Positions 28,627-37,232 of a DNA stretch of 64,000 nt are shown here, one piece after another. How positions within the stretch are numbered: the stretch's first letter is position 1; each line of letters starts with the position of its first letter. This stretch comes from an uncultured Actinomycetota bacterium (GTDB lineage Bacteria; Actinomycetota; Actinomycetes; JAFAQI01). The stretch is taken from NCBI GenBank assembly GCA_963770565.1, contig CAVYQE010000010.1, positions 32,001 to 96,000 on the forward strand, in the 5' to 3' direction. The notes under the pieces were generated by a model. That model was not told the DNA's origin and made no database searches. It saw nothing but the letters and a program-made list of their open reading frames with translations. The position numbers and the translations under genes were made by a program.

Positions 28627-29409
28627 GTGGCCGGCCTGCTCGCCCTGATCGGGCTTTTCGGTCTCGCCATCGGCTCGTTCCTCAACGTTGTCATCTGGCG
28701 GGTGCCGCGCGGCGAGTCGGTTGCCCGCCCGCCGTCGCACTGCCCGTCCTGCGACGTGTTGATCAGCCACCGCGACAACGTGCCGGTGCTGTCGTGGCTG
28801 TTCCTTCGGGGCCGATGCCGCAACTGCAACGCCAGGATCTCGATCCGCTATCCGCTGGTGGAACTTGCGACCTGCGCCCTGTTTGTTGCGTTCGGGATTC
28901 GGTTCGGGATCCACGCGGATCTGTTTGCGTACCTGTACCTGGCCGCGGTCGGCATTGCGCTGGCAATGATCGACATCGATCTGCTGCGCCTTCCGGATGC
29001 GCTCACCCTCCCGTCGTACCCGGTTGGCCTAGCGCTGCTCGGGATCGCCGCATGGGTCGACAACGCCCCTCACGCCTTCGTACGGGCCCTGCTGGGGATG
29101 GCTGCCCTAGCAGCCTTCTACGCCCTTGTATGGCTGATCTACCCGGCCGGAATGGGCTTCGGAGACGTGAAGCTGGCCGGCCTGGTGGGCCTCTATCTCG
29201 CCTGGCTCGGCTGGGACCAGCTCGTCGTAGGGGCATTTGCCGCGTTTGTCGTCGGTGCGGTCGCGAGCGTCGGCATCGTGGCGGTCAAGGGCGGCAACCG
29301 CAAGACCCGGGTGCCATTCGGTCCGTTCATGTTGATCGGGCTCCTGATCGGGATTTATGCGGGTCACCCGATTGCCCACGCATACACCCATTTCACTTCT
29401 GGATCTTGA
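28627..29409 (+). CDS. pilD: Prepilin peptidase/N-methyltransferase (A24A)
   Basis: GSFLNVVIWRVP, SHCPSC, GRCRNC, ID.D, GMGFGDVKL, VPFGPFM. Confidence 0.96.
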   Translation: MAGLLALIGLFGLAIGSFLNVVIWRVPRGESVARPPSHCPSCDVLISHRDNVPVLSWLFLRGRCRNCNARISIRYPLVELATCALFVAFGIRFGIHADLFAYLYLAAVGIALAMIDIDLLRLPDALTLPSYPVGLALLGIAAWVDNAPHAFVRALLGMAALAAFYALVWLIYPAGMGFGDVKLAGLVGLYLAWLGWDQLVVGAFAAFVVGAVASVGIVAVKGGNRKTRVPFGPFMLIGLLIGIYAGHPIAHAYTHFTSGS

Positions 29410-29451
29410 ACGGGCCCTAGCCCGACCGGACCAATTTCCGGCCTCCGTCTG

Positions 29452-29478
29452 CTCAAGAAGCGCCGTGTCCTTACCGAT
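29452..29478 (+). promoter_or_regulatory. sigma28/FliA/WhiG-like promoter upstream of pilM
   Basis: CTCAAG-N15-ACCGAT. Confidence 0.62.
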
Positions 29479-29547
29479 CTGGTCCTTTGACAGACAACCA
29501 GACCGCGTAAGCGCTCGGGTGTTGCTCGCGTACGGGAGGACGAACCA

Positions 29548-30627
29548 GTGGCAGGACGAACTGCGGTTGGTCTCGACATCGGGACCTCCGGTGTCCGCGC
29601 AGCCGAACTCGCGTTCGGCAAGGGACCGGCGACGCTTATGCGATTCGGCCAGGTGGCGCTCCCGCAAGGAGCGGTACGCGATGGCGAGGTGGTCGACCCA
29701 CAGCTGGTCGCCGATGCGATCAAGCACCTGTGGTCGACGGCGAAGTTCTCGTCGAAGAACGTAGTGCTCGGCGTCGCCAACCAGAAGGTGATCGTCCGTC
29801 AGGTCGATCTGCCCTGGATGCCCGCGGACGAGCTGCGCAAGTCACTGCCCCTGCAGGTGCAGGACTTCCTGCCGATCCCGATCGAGCAGGCGATCCTCGA
29901 CTTCCACCCGATCTCCGAGGTGACCGGCGAGGGTGGCAACCGGATGCTGCGGGTGCTCGTCGTCGCCGCGGCTCGTGACATGATCCTCACCGCCCTCGAG
30001 TCCGTGAAGCGAGCCGGACTGCGGGCCACCCAGGTCGACCTCACCCCGTTCGCCGTGCTTCGCGCGCTCGGCCGGGTCGACGAGGTCGGCGGTGCGCCGG
30101 GATCGCAGAGCGGGACCGAAGCGCTTATCGACGTCGGGGCGAAGGTCACCAACATCGTCATCCACCAGAACGGCAACCCGCGCTTCGTCCGCATCCTGCT
30201 GATGGGCGGCGACAACATCACCGACGCCGTCAGCGAGCGGCTCGGTGTCCCGTTCGACCAGGCAATCGCGGTCAAGCAGCAGGTCGGGATGTCTCCGGTT
30301 CGCGGCGACGCGATGAGCGACCACCCGGCGGCTCGAGTGATCGAGGCCTCGGCCGGCTCGTTCGTCGAAGAGGTCCGCGGTTCGCTTGACTACTACCTCG
30401 CGCAGCCGTCGTCCGTTCCGCTGACGCGCATCGTTCTTTCCGGTGGCGGCGCCCGCCTCACCGGTCTTGGCCAGCGGCTCGCCGCTGCCACTCGTCTCCC
30501 GGTTGAGCCAGGTGTCGCTACCGCGGCACTGAAGATCGGCAAGACCGGACTCACCGAAGAGCAACTGAGCTACGTCGAGCCGCAGATCGCAGTGCCGGTC
30601 GGACTCGCACTGGGGGTGGCGTCGTGA
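29548..30627 (+). CDS. pilM: Type IV pilus assembly protein PilM (actin/FtsA-like)
   Basis: VGLDIGTSGVR, IDVGAKVT, LSGGGARL, AVPVGLAL. Confidence 0.95.
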   Translation: MAGRTAVGLDIGTSGVRAAELAFGKGPATLMRFGQVALPQGAVRDGEVVDPQLVADAIKHLWSTAKFSSKNVVLGVANQKVIVRQVDLPWMPADELRKSLPLQVQDFLPIPIEQAILDFHPISEVTGEGGNRMLRVLVVAAARDMILTALESVKRAGLRATQVDLTPFAVLRALGRVDEVGGAPGSQSGTEALIDVGAKVTNIVIHQNGNPRFVRILLMGGDNITDAVSERLGVPFDQAIAVKQQVGMSPVRGDAMSDHPAARVIEASAGSFVEEVRGSLDYYLAQPSSVPLTRIVLSGGGARLTGLGQRLAAATRLPVEPGVATAALKIGKTGLTEEQLSYVEPQIAVPVGLALGVAS

Positions 30628-31310
30628 CCACGCAGACCGAGCTGACGGCGGGCGTTGCGGCGATGCCGCGCGTCAACCTCATGCCGCCGGAGATCGCGGA
30701 GGCCGAGCGCTTCCGCCGGCTTCAGCTGGCGATGGGTGCCGCAGTCGTTGCCTCCGTCGTCGTCGTGGGCGGACTCTACGTCCACGCCAAGAGCGGAATC
30801 TCCTCGGCTCGCGCCCAGGTGACCCAGGCGCAGGCCGACCAGACGTCGCTGCAGACGAAGCTGGACGGCCTGGCCAGCGTCCGGCAGACCTTTGCCGAGG
30901 TGCTGGGCAAGCAGCAGTTGCTGCAGGCCGCCATGGGTCAGGAGATCCGTTGGTCCTACGTGCTCAACGACCTGTCGTTGCGGGTGCCGAGCAACGTCTG
31001 GCTGACCGGTGTTTCGGCGAGCGAGATCACGACCGGGGTCGGCGCACCTGGCTCGAGCACGGCCACTGTGCTGCCCGGGGCTCCGCTCGACGACATCGGA
31101 ACAGTGTCGTTCGCGGGCGTGGGCTTCAAGCACGACGACGTCGCGGCCTGGCTCAACTCCATCGCCAAGGAGCGGGGCTTCAGTGACCCGACCTTCAGTG
31201 CTTCGACCGAGAATGCGATCGGCTCACGCCCGGTCGTCACCTTCGGCAGCACGGCGGTCTTGACCTCCAAGGCATTGTCCAACCGATTCGTCCAGAAGGC
31301 GGGCAGCTGA
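30624..31310 (+). CDS. pilN: Type IV pilus assembly protein PilN
   Basis: RVNLMPPE (INLLP-like) motif, single TM, coiled coil, P.NVWLT. Confidence 0.9.
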   Translation: MTTQTELTAGVAAMPRVNLMPPEIAEAERFRRLQLAMGAAVVASVVVVGGLYVHAKSGISSARAQVTQAQADQTSLQTKLDGLASVRQTFAEVLGKQQLLQAAMGQEIRWSYVLNDLSLRVPSNVWLTGVSASEITTGVGAPGSSTATVLPGAPLDDIGTVSFAGVGFKHDDVAAWLNSIAKERGFSDPTFSASTENAIGSRPVVTFGSTAVLTSKALSNRFVQKAGS

Positions 31311-31311
31311 C

Positions 31312-32115
31312 ATGACCAAGACACGCCAATGGTCGGTGTTCACGGCGATTGCCGTGCTTGCCGTCCTCGCGGTCGGCTGGTTCCTGCTGGTCAAGCCGCA
31401 GAACTCCAAGGTCACCAGCCTGAAGTCTCAGGCTGCGAGCCAGCAGGCGAGCAACCAGCTCCTTGTGTCGCAAATCGCAACGCTGCAGTCCGAGGAGAAG
31501 CAGCTTCCGCAGCAGCAGCAGGCTCTGCAGAAGTTCGCCACGCAGGTGCCGACCGACGCCTCCGAGCCGATGATCATCCGGCAGCTCTCTGCGGCCGCGG
31601 CGGGCTCAGGGGTCGACCTCGTGTCGATCACCCCTGGTGCGCCGACGGCGGTGGCGGCCACTGCGACCGCAGTGGGCGGCAGCGCGCTGACCCCGGCGGC
31701 GAGCACTGGCTCCACGCTCGTGCAGCTGCCGATCTCGCTCGGCATCACCGGCACCTTCCCGAACGTGGAGTCGTTCTTCCAGTCGCTGGAGAAGCTGCCG
31801 CGAGCCCTGCTGGTCACCGGCTGGTCGCTCTGCCCCGACCCGGACACCAGTGCGGGGTCAGGCGGATCGGTGAGTTGCGCTCTCCCGGCGACCCCGACTG
31901 GCGACACCCTGCCGACTAACGCACTGGGCGGTGTTCTCACGGCCTACGTGTTCTATGCGCCCCCGGCCAGTGCAACCACGACGGTTGCGCCGGGCGTCAC
32001 CGGTACGACGCCGACTCCGGCCGGCACGCCGACCACGGCCGGGACACCGACCCCGGGGACGTCAACCGCAGCCACGCCATCGACCGATGGGGCCTCCTCG
32101 GCCCCGGCGAGCTAG
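31312..32115 (+). CDS. pilO: Type IV pilus assembly protein PilO with Thr/Pro-rich tail
   Basis: N-terminal TM, coiled coil, IRQLS.AA..SGV.L.SITP, G.F..V..F...LEKLPRALLV. Confidence 0.88.
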   Translation: MTKTRQWSVFTAIAVLAVLAVGWFLLVKPQNSKVTSLKSQAASQQASNQLLVSQIATLQSEEKQLPQQQQALQKFATQVPTDASEPMIIRQLSAAAAGSGVDLVSITPGAPTAVAATATAVGGSALTPAASTGSTLVQLPISLGITGTFPNVESFFQSLEKLPRALLVTGWSLCPDPDTSAGSGGSVSCALPATPTGDTLPTNALGGVLTAYVFYAPPASATTTVAPGVTGTTPTPAGTPTTAGTPTPGTSTAATPSTDGASSAPAS

Positions 32116-32127
32116 GAGCAGTCCGCA

Positions 32128-32850
32128 ATGACTGAGACATCGTTGATTCCCGATGGCGCGACTGCGACCGACGACGGTGTCGGCGGCATGCTGCCGGCCC
32201 AGCACGACCCGGACAGTGGCGAGGGCGGCAACCGCCGCCGCCTGCTGATCCTCGGCGCGGTAGCCGGCGTCATCGTCCTCGCCGCGGCGGCCTATTTGCT
32301 GCTACACAAGGGCTCGTCGAGCGCCCCGTCGGCCGTTGTGCCGCACGGTGTCGTCTCCTCGGCGCCGGCCAACCATCCGTCGCCGGCCAAGACCACCAAG
32401 AAGCACGGTGGCACGAAGACCCTTCCGAAGGCGAACAAGCACCAGCTCGCTCGTGACCCGTTCATCCCGCTGATCGTGGCTCCGGCTGAGACCAACGGAT
32501 CGTCGTCGACCGGCACCGGCACGGGCACCACGCCGACCACCTCGCCGTCCACCGGTGCGACCCCGACCCCGACGCCGACCCCGACGAACTCCGGCGGCAC
32601 CGGCTCATCGGCTGGGCCGCACTGGATCCAGCTCCTGAGCGCCAATGGCCAGACCGCCGTGTTCAAGGTCGGTTACGGGAACCACAAGTTCCGCAAGTAC
32701 ACGGTGGTGGCGCCGAAGGCGAGCAGCCACCAGGGCACCATCTTCGCGAAGGTGTTCGCGCTGATCTCGGTGCAGAAGAACGAGGCAACGGTGCAGTTCG
32801 GCGACGACGCACCGTTCATCCTGACAAAGGGTCAGATCCAGGCACCTTGA
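32128..32850 (+). CDS. Single-TM Thr/Pro-rich protein in the PilP position
   Basis: RRRLLILGAVAGVIVLAAAAYLLL, RDPF.PL motif, C-terminal beta-rich domain; RBS AGGAG. Confidence 0.75.
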   Translation: MTETSLIPDGATATDDGVGGMLPAQHDPDSGEGGNRRRLLILGAVAGVIVLAAAAYLLLHKGSSSAPSAVVPHGVVSSAPANHPSPAKTTKKHGGTKTLPKANKHQLARDPFIPLIVAPAETNGSSSTGTGTGTTPTTSPSTGATPTPTPTPTNSGGTGSSAGPHWIQLLSANGQTAVFKVGYGNHKFRKYTVVAPKASSHQGTIFAKVFALISVQKNEATVQFGDDAPFILTKGQIQAP

Positions 32851-32861
32851 CCCGCTGGCTC

Positions 32862-32894
32862 CGACCCCGCCACGGTGACCCCGTGGTGGGGTCG
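32862..32894 (+). terminator. Hairpin closing the pil cluster
   Basis: CGACCCCGCCACGG / CCGTGGTGGGGTCG, 14-bp stem with one G-U pair. Confidence 0.7.
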
Positions 32895-32944
32895 TTGCAT
32901 GTCGCGGCAGGTCCTGCGGGCGCTCGGACCGGCAGAATGGACCG

Positions 32945-34120
32945 GTGCTGCGTTGGCTGACCGCCGGTGAGTCCCATGGTCCCGCTCTTGTCGCGGTCCT
33001 CGAGGGCTTGCCCGCGGGCACCCGGATCACGACGGCGGAGCTCCGTGCGGAGCTCACCCGACGGCGGGCCGGTTACGGGCGCGGTGCGCGGATGTCGTTC
33101 GAGGAAGACGCGGTCGAGGTGCTCGGCGGAGTGCGCCACGGGGTCACGCTCGGCTCGCCGATCGCCGTACTGATCCACAACTCTGAGTGGCCCAAGTGGC
33201 AAACCGTCATGTCTGCCGACCCGGTGGACCCGGCCGAGCTCGAGGGTCTGGCCCGGGCCGCACCGCTGACCCGGCCCCGGCCGGGCCACGCGGACCTGGT
33301 CGGCATGCAGAAGTACGGCTTCGACGATGCCCGTCCGGTGCTCGAGCGCGCGAGTGCGCGCGAGACGGCGGCCCGGGTCGCCCTCGGCTCGGTGGCGCGG
33401 GCGTTCCTGGCCCAGGCGCTCGACGTCGATCTGCTGAGCCACGTCGTGGCGATCGGGTCGGTGTCGGCCGCAGGTGAGGTGCCGGGCCGTGGGGACCGCG
33501 AGCGGATCGACGCCGACCCGGTCCGGTGCTTCGACCCGTCCACCAGCGCGGCGATGGTGGCCGAGATCGATGCGGCCAGAACGGACGGCGACACCCTCGG
33601 CGGCGTGGTCGAGGTAGTGGTTCACGGTCTGCCGCCCGGCCTCGGCAGCCACACCCATTGGGATCGGCGGCTCGACTCCCGGCTCGCCGGCGCGCTGATG
33701 GGGATCCAGGCGATCAAGGCGGTCGAGGTCGGTGACGGCTTCACGACCGCAGGGCGGCGGGGTAGTGAGGCGCACGACGAGATCGAAGCGGGCGCCGACG
33801 GGGTCCAGCGCCGGACCGGACGAGCCGGGGGAACCGAGGGTGGGATGAGTACGGGCGCGGTGCTGCGGGTGCGTGCGGCAATGAAGCCGATCTCGACGGT
33901 TCCCCGTGCGCTCGACACGGTCGATGTGCGCACCGGCGAGGCGGCGAAGGCGATCAACCAGCGCTCCGACGTGTGCGCCGTGCCGGCGGCCGGTGTCGTG
34001 GCCGAAGCCATGGTTGCCTTGGTGCTGGCCGATGCGGCGCTGGAGAAGTTCGGCGGTGACTCGGTCGCGGAGACCAGGCGCAACCACGACCTATACCGTG
34101 CCGCCCTGGTCGTTCGGTGA
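32945..34120 (+). CDS. aroC: Chorismate synthase
   Basis: [39 protein letters not shown]. Confidence 0.98.
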   Translation: MLRWLTAGESHGPALVAVLEGLPAGTRITTAELRAELTRRRAGYGRGARMSFEEDAVEVLGGVRHGVTLGSPIAVLIHNSEWPKWQTVMSADPVDPAELEGLARAAPLTRPRPGHADLVGMQKYGFDDARPVLERASARETAARVALGSVARAFLAQALDVDLLSHVVAIGSVSAAGEVPGRGDRERIDADPVRCFDPSTSAAMVAEIDAARTDGDTLGGVVEVVVHGLPPGLGSHTHWDRRLDSRLAGALMGIQAIKAVEVGDGFTTAGRRGSEAHDEIEAGADGVQRRTGRAGGTEGGMSTGAVLRVRAAMKPISTVPRALDTVDVRTGEAAKAINQRSDVCAVPAAGVVAEAMVALVLADAALEKFGGDSVAETRRNHDLYRAALVVR

Positions 34121-34614
34121 CCCCTCTGGTTGTCCTGGTCGGCCCACCCGGTGCCGGCAAGACCACGGTCGGCCGGCTGCTGGCCGAACGCCGGCAGGTC
34201 GGCTTTCGCGACACCGACGCTGATGTCGAGGCGGCGGCAGGGACCGCGATCGCCGAGATCTTCGTCGACCGCGGTGAAGCGGTGTTCCGCGAGCTCGAAC
34301 GCGAAGCGGTCCAGCGCGCGCTGACCGAGCATGACGGCGTACTCGCGATCGGGGGCGGGGCGGTGACCGACGCGGGCACCCGCTCCGCGCTCACCGCGCA
34401 ACGGGTCGTCTTCCTCGACGTGGGGCTGAGCGACGCGGTCGGGCGGGTCGGACTGAACCGCGATCGGCCCCTGTTGCTCGGCAACCCACGGGCCCAGCTC
34501 AGGGTGATGCTCGAACAGCGCCGCGCGTTGTACCAGCAGGTCGCTTCTGTCACGGTGTCGACCGACGGTCTCACCCCGGATCAGGTCGTCCTCGCGGTCG
34601 AGGCGGAGCTGTGA
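34117..34614 (+). CDS. aroK: Shikimate kinase
   Basis: [24 protein letters not shown]. Confidence 0.96.
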   Translation: MTPLVVLVGPPGAGKTTVGRLLAERRQVGFRDTDADVEAAAGTAIAEIFVDRGEAVFRELEREAVQRALTEHDGVLAIGGGAVTDAGTRSALTAQRVVFLDVGLSDAVGRVGLNRDRPLLLGNPRAQLRVMLEQRRALYQQVASVTVSTDGLTPDQVVLAVEAEL

Positions 34615-35681
34615 GCACCGTGGTCGCCATCGGCGGTCCCGCGCCGTACGACGTCGTCATCGGCCACGGGCTGGCCGAGCAGCTCCCGGCCTTGGTGGCC
34701 GGGGCCGCCACGGTTGTGACAGTGGCCGATACCAAGGTCGAGGACCGCCTCCCGGCACTGCACGAGGCGCTGCGGGCCGCCGGTCACGAAGTGTCCGGGC
34801 TCACCGTCACCGAGGGCGAGGCGGCCAAGTCGCTCGAGACGGTGGCCGGCCTGTGGGAACGGCTCGGCGAGCTGCGGATCACCCGATCGGACGCGATCGT
34901 CGCGATCGGCGGCGGCGCGACGACCGACTCAGTCGGCTTCGTCGCCGCGACCTGGCTTCGGGGCATTCGCGTGGTTCATCTGCCGACGACGCTGCTCGGC
35001 ATGGTGGACGCGTCGATCGGCGGGAAGACCGGGATCAACACCGCGGCCGGCAAGAACCTGGTCGGTGCGTTTCACCAGCCGGCCGGTGTGCTGGTCGACC
35101 TCGACGTGCTGTCGACCCTGCCCGACCAGCAATGGGTCGACGGGATGGCCGAGGTCGTCAAGGCCGGGTTCATCGCCGACCCGACGATCCTCGACCTGGT
35201 CGAGCTCGATGTCGTGGCCGCCGCGACGCCGCGCGGGGCCCACACCCGTGAGCTGATCGAGCGATCGGTCGCAGTCAAAGCCGAGGTCGTGTCGCGCGAT
35301 CCGCGCGAGTCCGGACCGCGCGAGTTCCTGAACTACGGCCACACCCTCGCCCATGCGATCGAGCAGGTCGAGCACTACCGGATGCCGCACGGCCACGCGG
35401 TCTCGATCGGGCTGGTGTTCGCGGCCGCACTGGGCCGGCGCTCGGGTCGGCTCGACCCGGCGATCGCCGACCGGCACGGCGACCTCCTGAGCCGGCTCGG
35501 GTTACCGACCACTTATCGCCGAGACGCCTTTTCGGCCCTGTCGGACGTGATGCGCATCGACAAGAAGGCGCGCGGCGCGGTGCAACGCTTCGTGATCCTC
35601 GACGGGCTCGGAAAGCCTGCAATCCTTGAAGATCCGGACCCCTCATTACTCGAGGCGGCCTACTCGGAGGTGGCGGCATGA
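34611..35681 (+). CDS. aroB: 3-dehydroquinate synthase
   Basis: [45 protein letters not shown]. Confidence 0.97.
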   Translation: MSTVVAIGGPAPYDVVIGHGLAEQLPALVAGAATVVTVADTKVEDRLPALHEALRAAGHEVSGLTVTEGEAAKSLETVAGLWERLGELRITRSDAIVAIGGGATTDSVGFVAATWLRGIRVVHLPTTLLGMVDASIGGKTGINTAAGKNLVGAFHQPAGVLVDLDVLSTLPDQQWVDGMAEVVKAGFIADPTILDLVELDVVAAATPRGAHTRELIERSVAVKAEVVSRDPRESGPREFLNYGHTLAHAIEQVEHYRMPHGHAVSIGLVFAAALGRRSGRLDPAIADRHGDLLSRLGLPTTYRRDAFSALSDVMRIDKKARGAVQRFVILDGLGKPAILEDPDPSLLEAAYSEVAA

Positions 35682-36106
35682 GCTCGCGCGTCCTGATCCT
35701 GAACGGACCCAACATCGGCCGGCTCGGGCTCCGCGAGCCGGCGATCTACGGCACCGCGTCGTACGCCGATCTGGTCGCCGCCTGCGTCGAGGAGGGTGCC
35801 GTGCTCGGGCTGGAGGTGGAGGTGCGGCAGACCGACGACGAGGCCACGTTCCTTGGGTGGTTGCACGACGCCGATGCAGCCGGCCTGATCCTCAACCCGG
35901 GCGCGTGGACGCACACCAGCATTGCGGTCAGGGACGCCGCGTCGCAGTTGGCGGCGCCGTTCGTCGAGGTCCACCTGTCGAACCCACTGGCCCGGGAAGA
36001 CTTCCGGCACACCTCATATACCGCCGGTCTGGCGGCCGGCATGATTGCCGGGTTCGGCGTGGACTCCTACCGGCTCGCGTTGCGCGCGCTGGCCACGAGA
36101 ATCTGA
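35678..36106 (+). CDS. aroQ: Type II 3-dehydroquinate dehydratase
   Basis: LNGPN...LG.REP.IYG, NPGAWTHTS, EVHLSN...RE.FRH.S. Confidence 0.96.
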   Translation: MSSRVLILNGPNIGRLGLREPAIYGTASYADLVAACVEEGAVLGLEVEVRQTDDEATFLGWLHDADAAGLILNPGAWTHTSIAVRDAASQLAAPFVEVHLSNPLAREDFRHTSYTAGLAAGMIAGFGVDSYRLALRALATRI

Positions 36107-36107
36107 C

Positions 36108-37181
36108 ATGACCGCGCATGCACCGCGCCGGGCTGCGGTGGTGGGCGCTCTGCCGGACGGCATCGATGCGTTCCTGGTGAGCCGGGTGGTCAACGTTCAC
36201 TACCTCACCGGATTCACCGGGTCGAACGCCGCGCTGTTGTTGGGCCGGGACGGCTCCGCGGTCTTCGCCACCGACGGGCGGTATCTCACGCAAGCGGCCG
36301 CGGAGGTGCCCGATCTCGAGTGCGTCGACGCCAGGGCAAGTGCGAACACGCTGGTGACCCGGGCGGTCGCGGTCGGGGTCGGCCGGCTCGGGATCGAGGC
36401 ATCCGAAGTGACCGTGAGCCAGTTGGAGGCCTTGCGAGCAGCCGCGGAGGACAAGGTCGAGCTCGTCGCAGTGGGGGAGATCGTCGAGTTGCTCCGCGCG
36501 GTGAAGGACGGCGGCGAGCTCGAGCGCCTCGGCCGGGCGTGCGCCATCACCGATGCCGCGTTTGCCGACGTGCTCCCCGAGTTGCGGCCCGGGGTGACCG
36601 AACGCGAGGTCGCCTGGTGGTTGCACACCTCGATGCGCGACCACGGTGCCGACGGGCTGGCGTTCGACTCGATCGTCGCGTTCGGCCCGCACAGCGCGAT
36701 CCCGCATCACCAACCGACCGAGCGGGTGCTCGAGCCCGGCGACCTCGTGAAGATGGACTTCGGCGCGAGGTACGACGGCTACCACGCCGACATGACCCGC
36801 ACCGTGGTCATGTCGCCGGCGGCGCAGTGGCAGCGCGACCTGCACACCCTTGTGTTCGAGATTCAGCAACGATGCGCCGGGGCCGCCGTGGTCGGAGCGC
36901 TTCCCCGTGATCTCGATGCCGCCGCTCGAGCCGCCATCGAGTCGAGCGGGTACCAGCCCTCGCACGGCCTCGGTCACGGCGTCGGTCTCGAAGTCCACGA
37001 GCGCCCGTTCTTGTCGGTGACGTCCTCCGATCCGGCCCTGGTCGAGAACGCGGCGGTCACGATCGAACCCGGGATCTACCTGCCGGAGCGGGGCGGGGTC
37101 CGGATCGAGGACTCGGTGGTCGTCTCATCGGGTGGCTCGAGATCCCTCACGAACTCGGAGCGTGCGCTCATCGAGTGCTGA
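36108..37181 (+). CDS. pepQ: Xaa-Pro aminopeptidase (M24B)
   Basis: YLTGFTGS, TDGRY, DFGA...GY.ADMTRT, HGLGHGVGLEVHE, EPGIY..GGVRIED. Confidence 0.92.
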   Translation: MTAHAPRRAAVVGALPDGIDAFLVSRVVNVHYLTGFTGSNAALLLGRDGSAVFATDGRYLTQAAAEVPDLECVDARASANTLVTRAVAVGVGRLGIEASEVTVSQLEALRAAAEDKVELVAVGEIVELLRAVKDGGELERLGRACAITDAAFADVLPELRPGVTEREVAWWLHTSMRDHGADGLAFDSIVAFGPHSAIPHHQPTERVLEPGDLVKMDFGARYDGYHADMTRTVVMSPAAQWQRDLHTLVFEIQQRCAGAAVVGALPRDLDAAARAAIESSGYQPSHGLGHGVGLEVHERPFLSVTSSDPALVENAAVTIEPGIYLPERGGVRIEDSVVVSSGGSRSLTNSERALIEC

Positions 37182-37232
37182 GCGGCACCGGATCGGCTCA
37201 AGCGAAGCCGGGTTTCGTTCGACATCATTCAG

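Noticed and set aside
17343-32850. Tad pilus, type II secretion or competence (Com) system
   Set aside because: PilT, PilMNO and type IVa pilins are present; no Tad, secretin, comEA or comEC genes in the window
2995-32944. Prophage, ICE or transposon explaining the accessory region
   Set aside because: No integrase, relaxase, transposase, phage gene, tRNA target or matching terminal repeats seen
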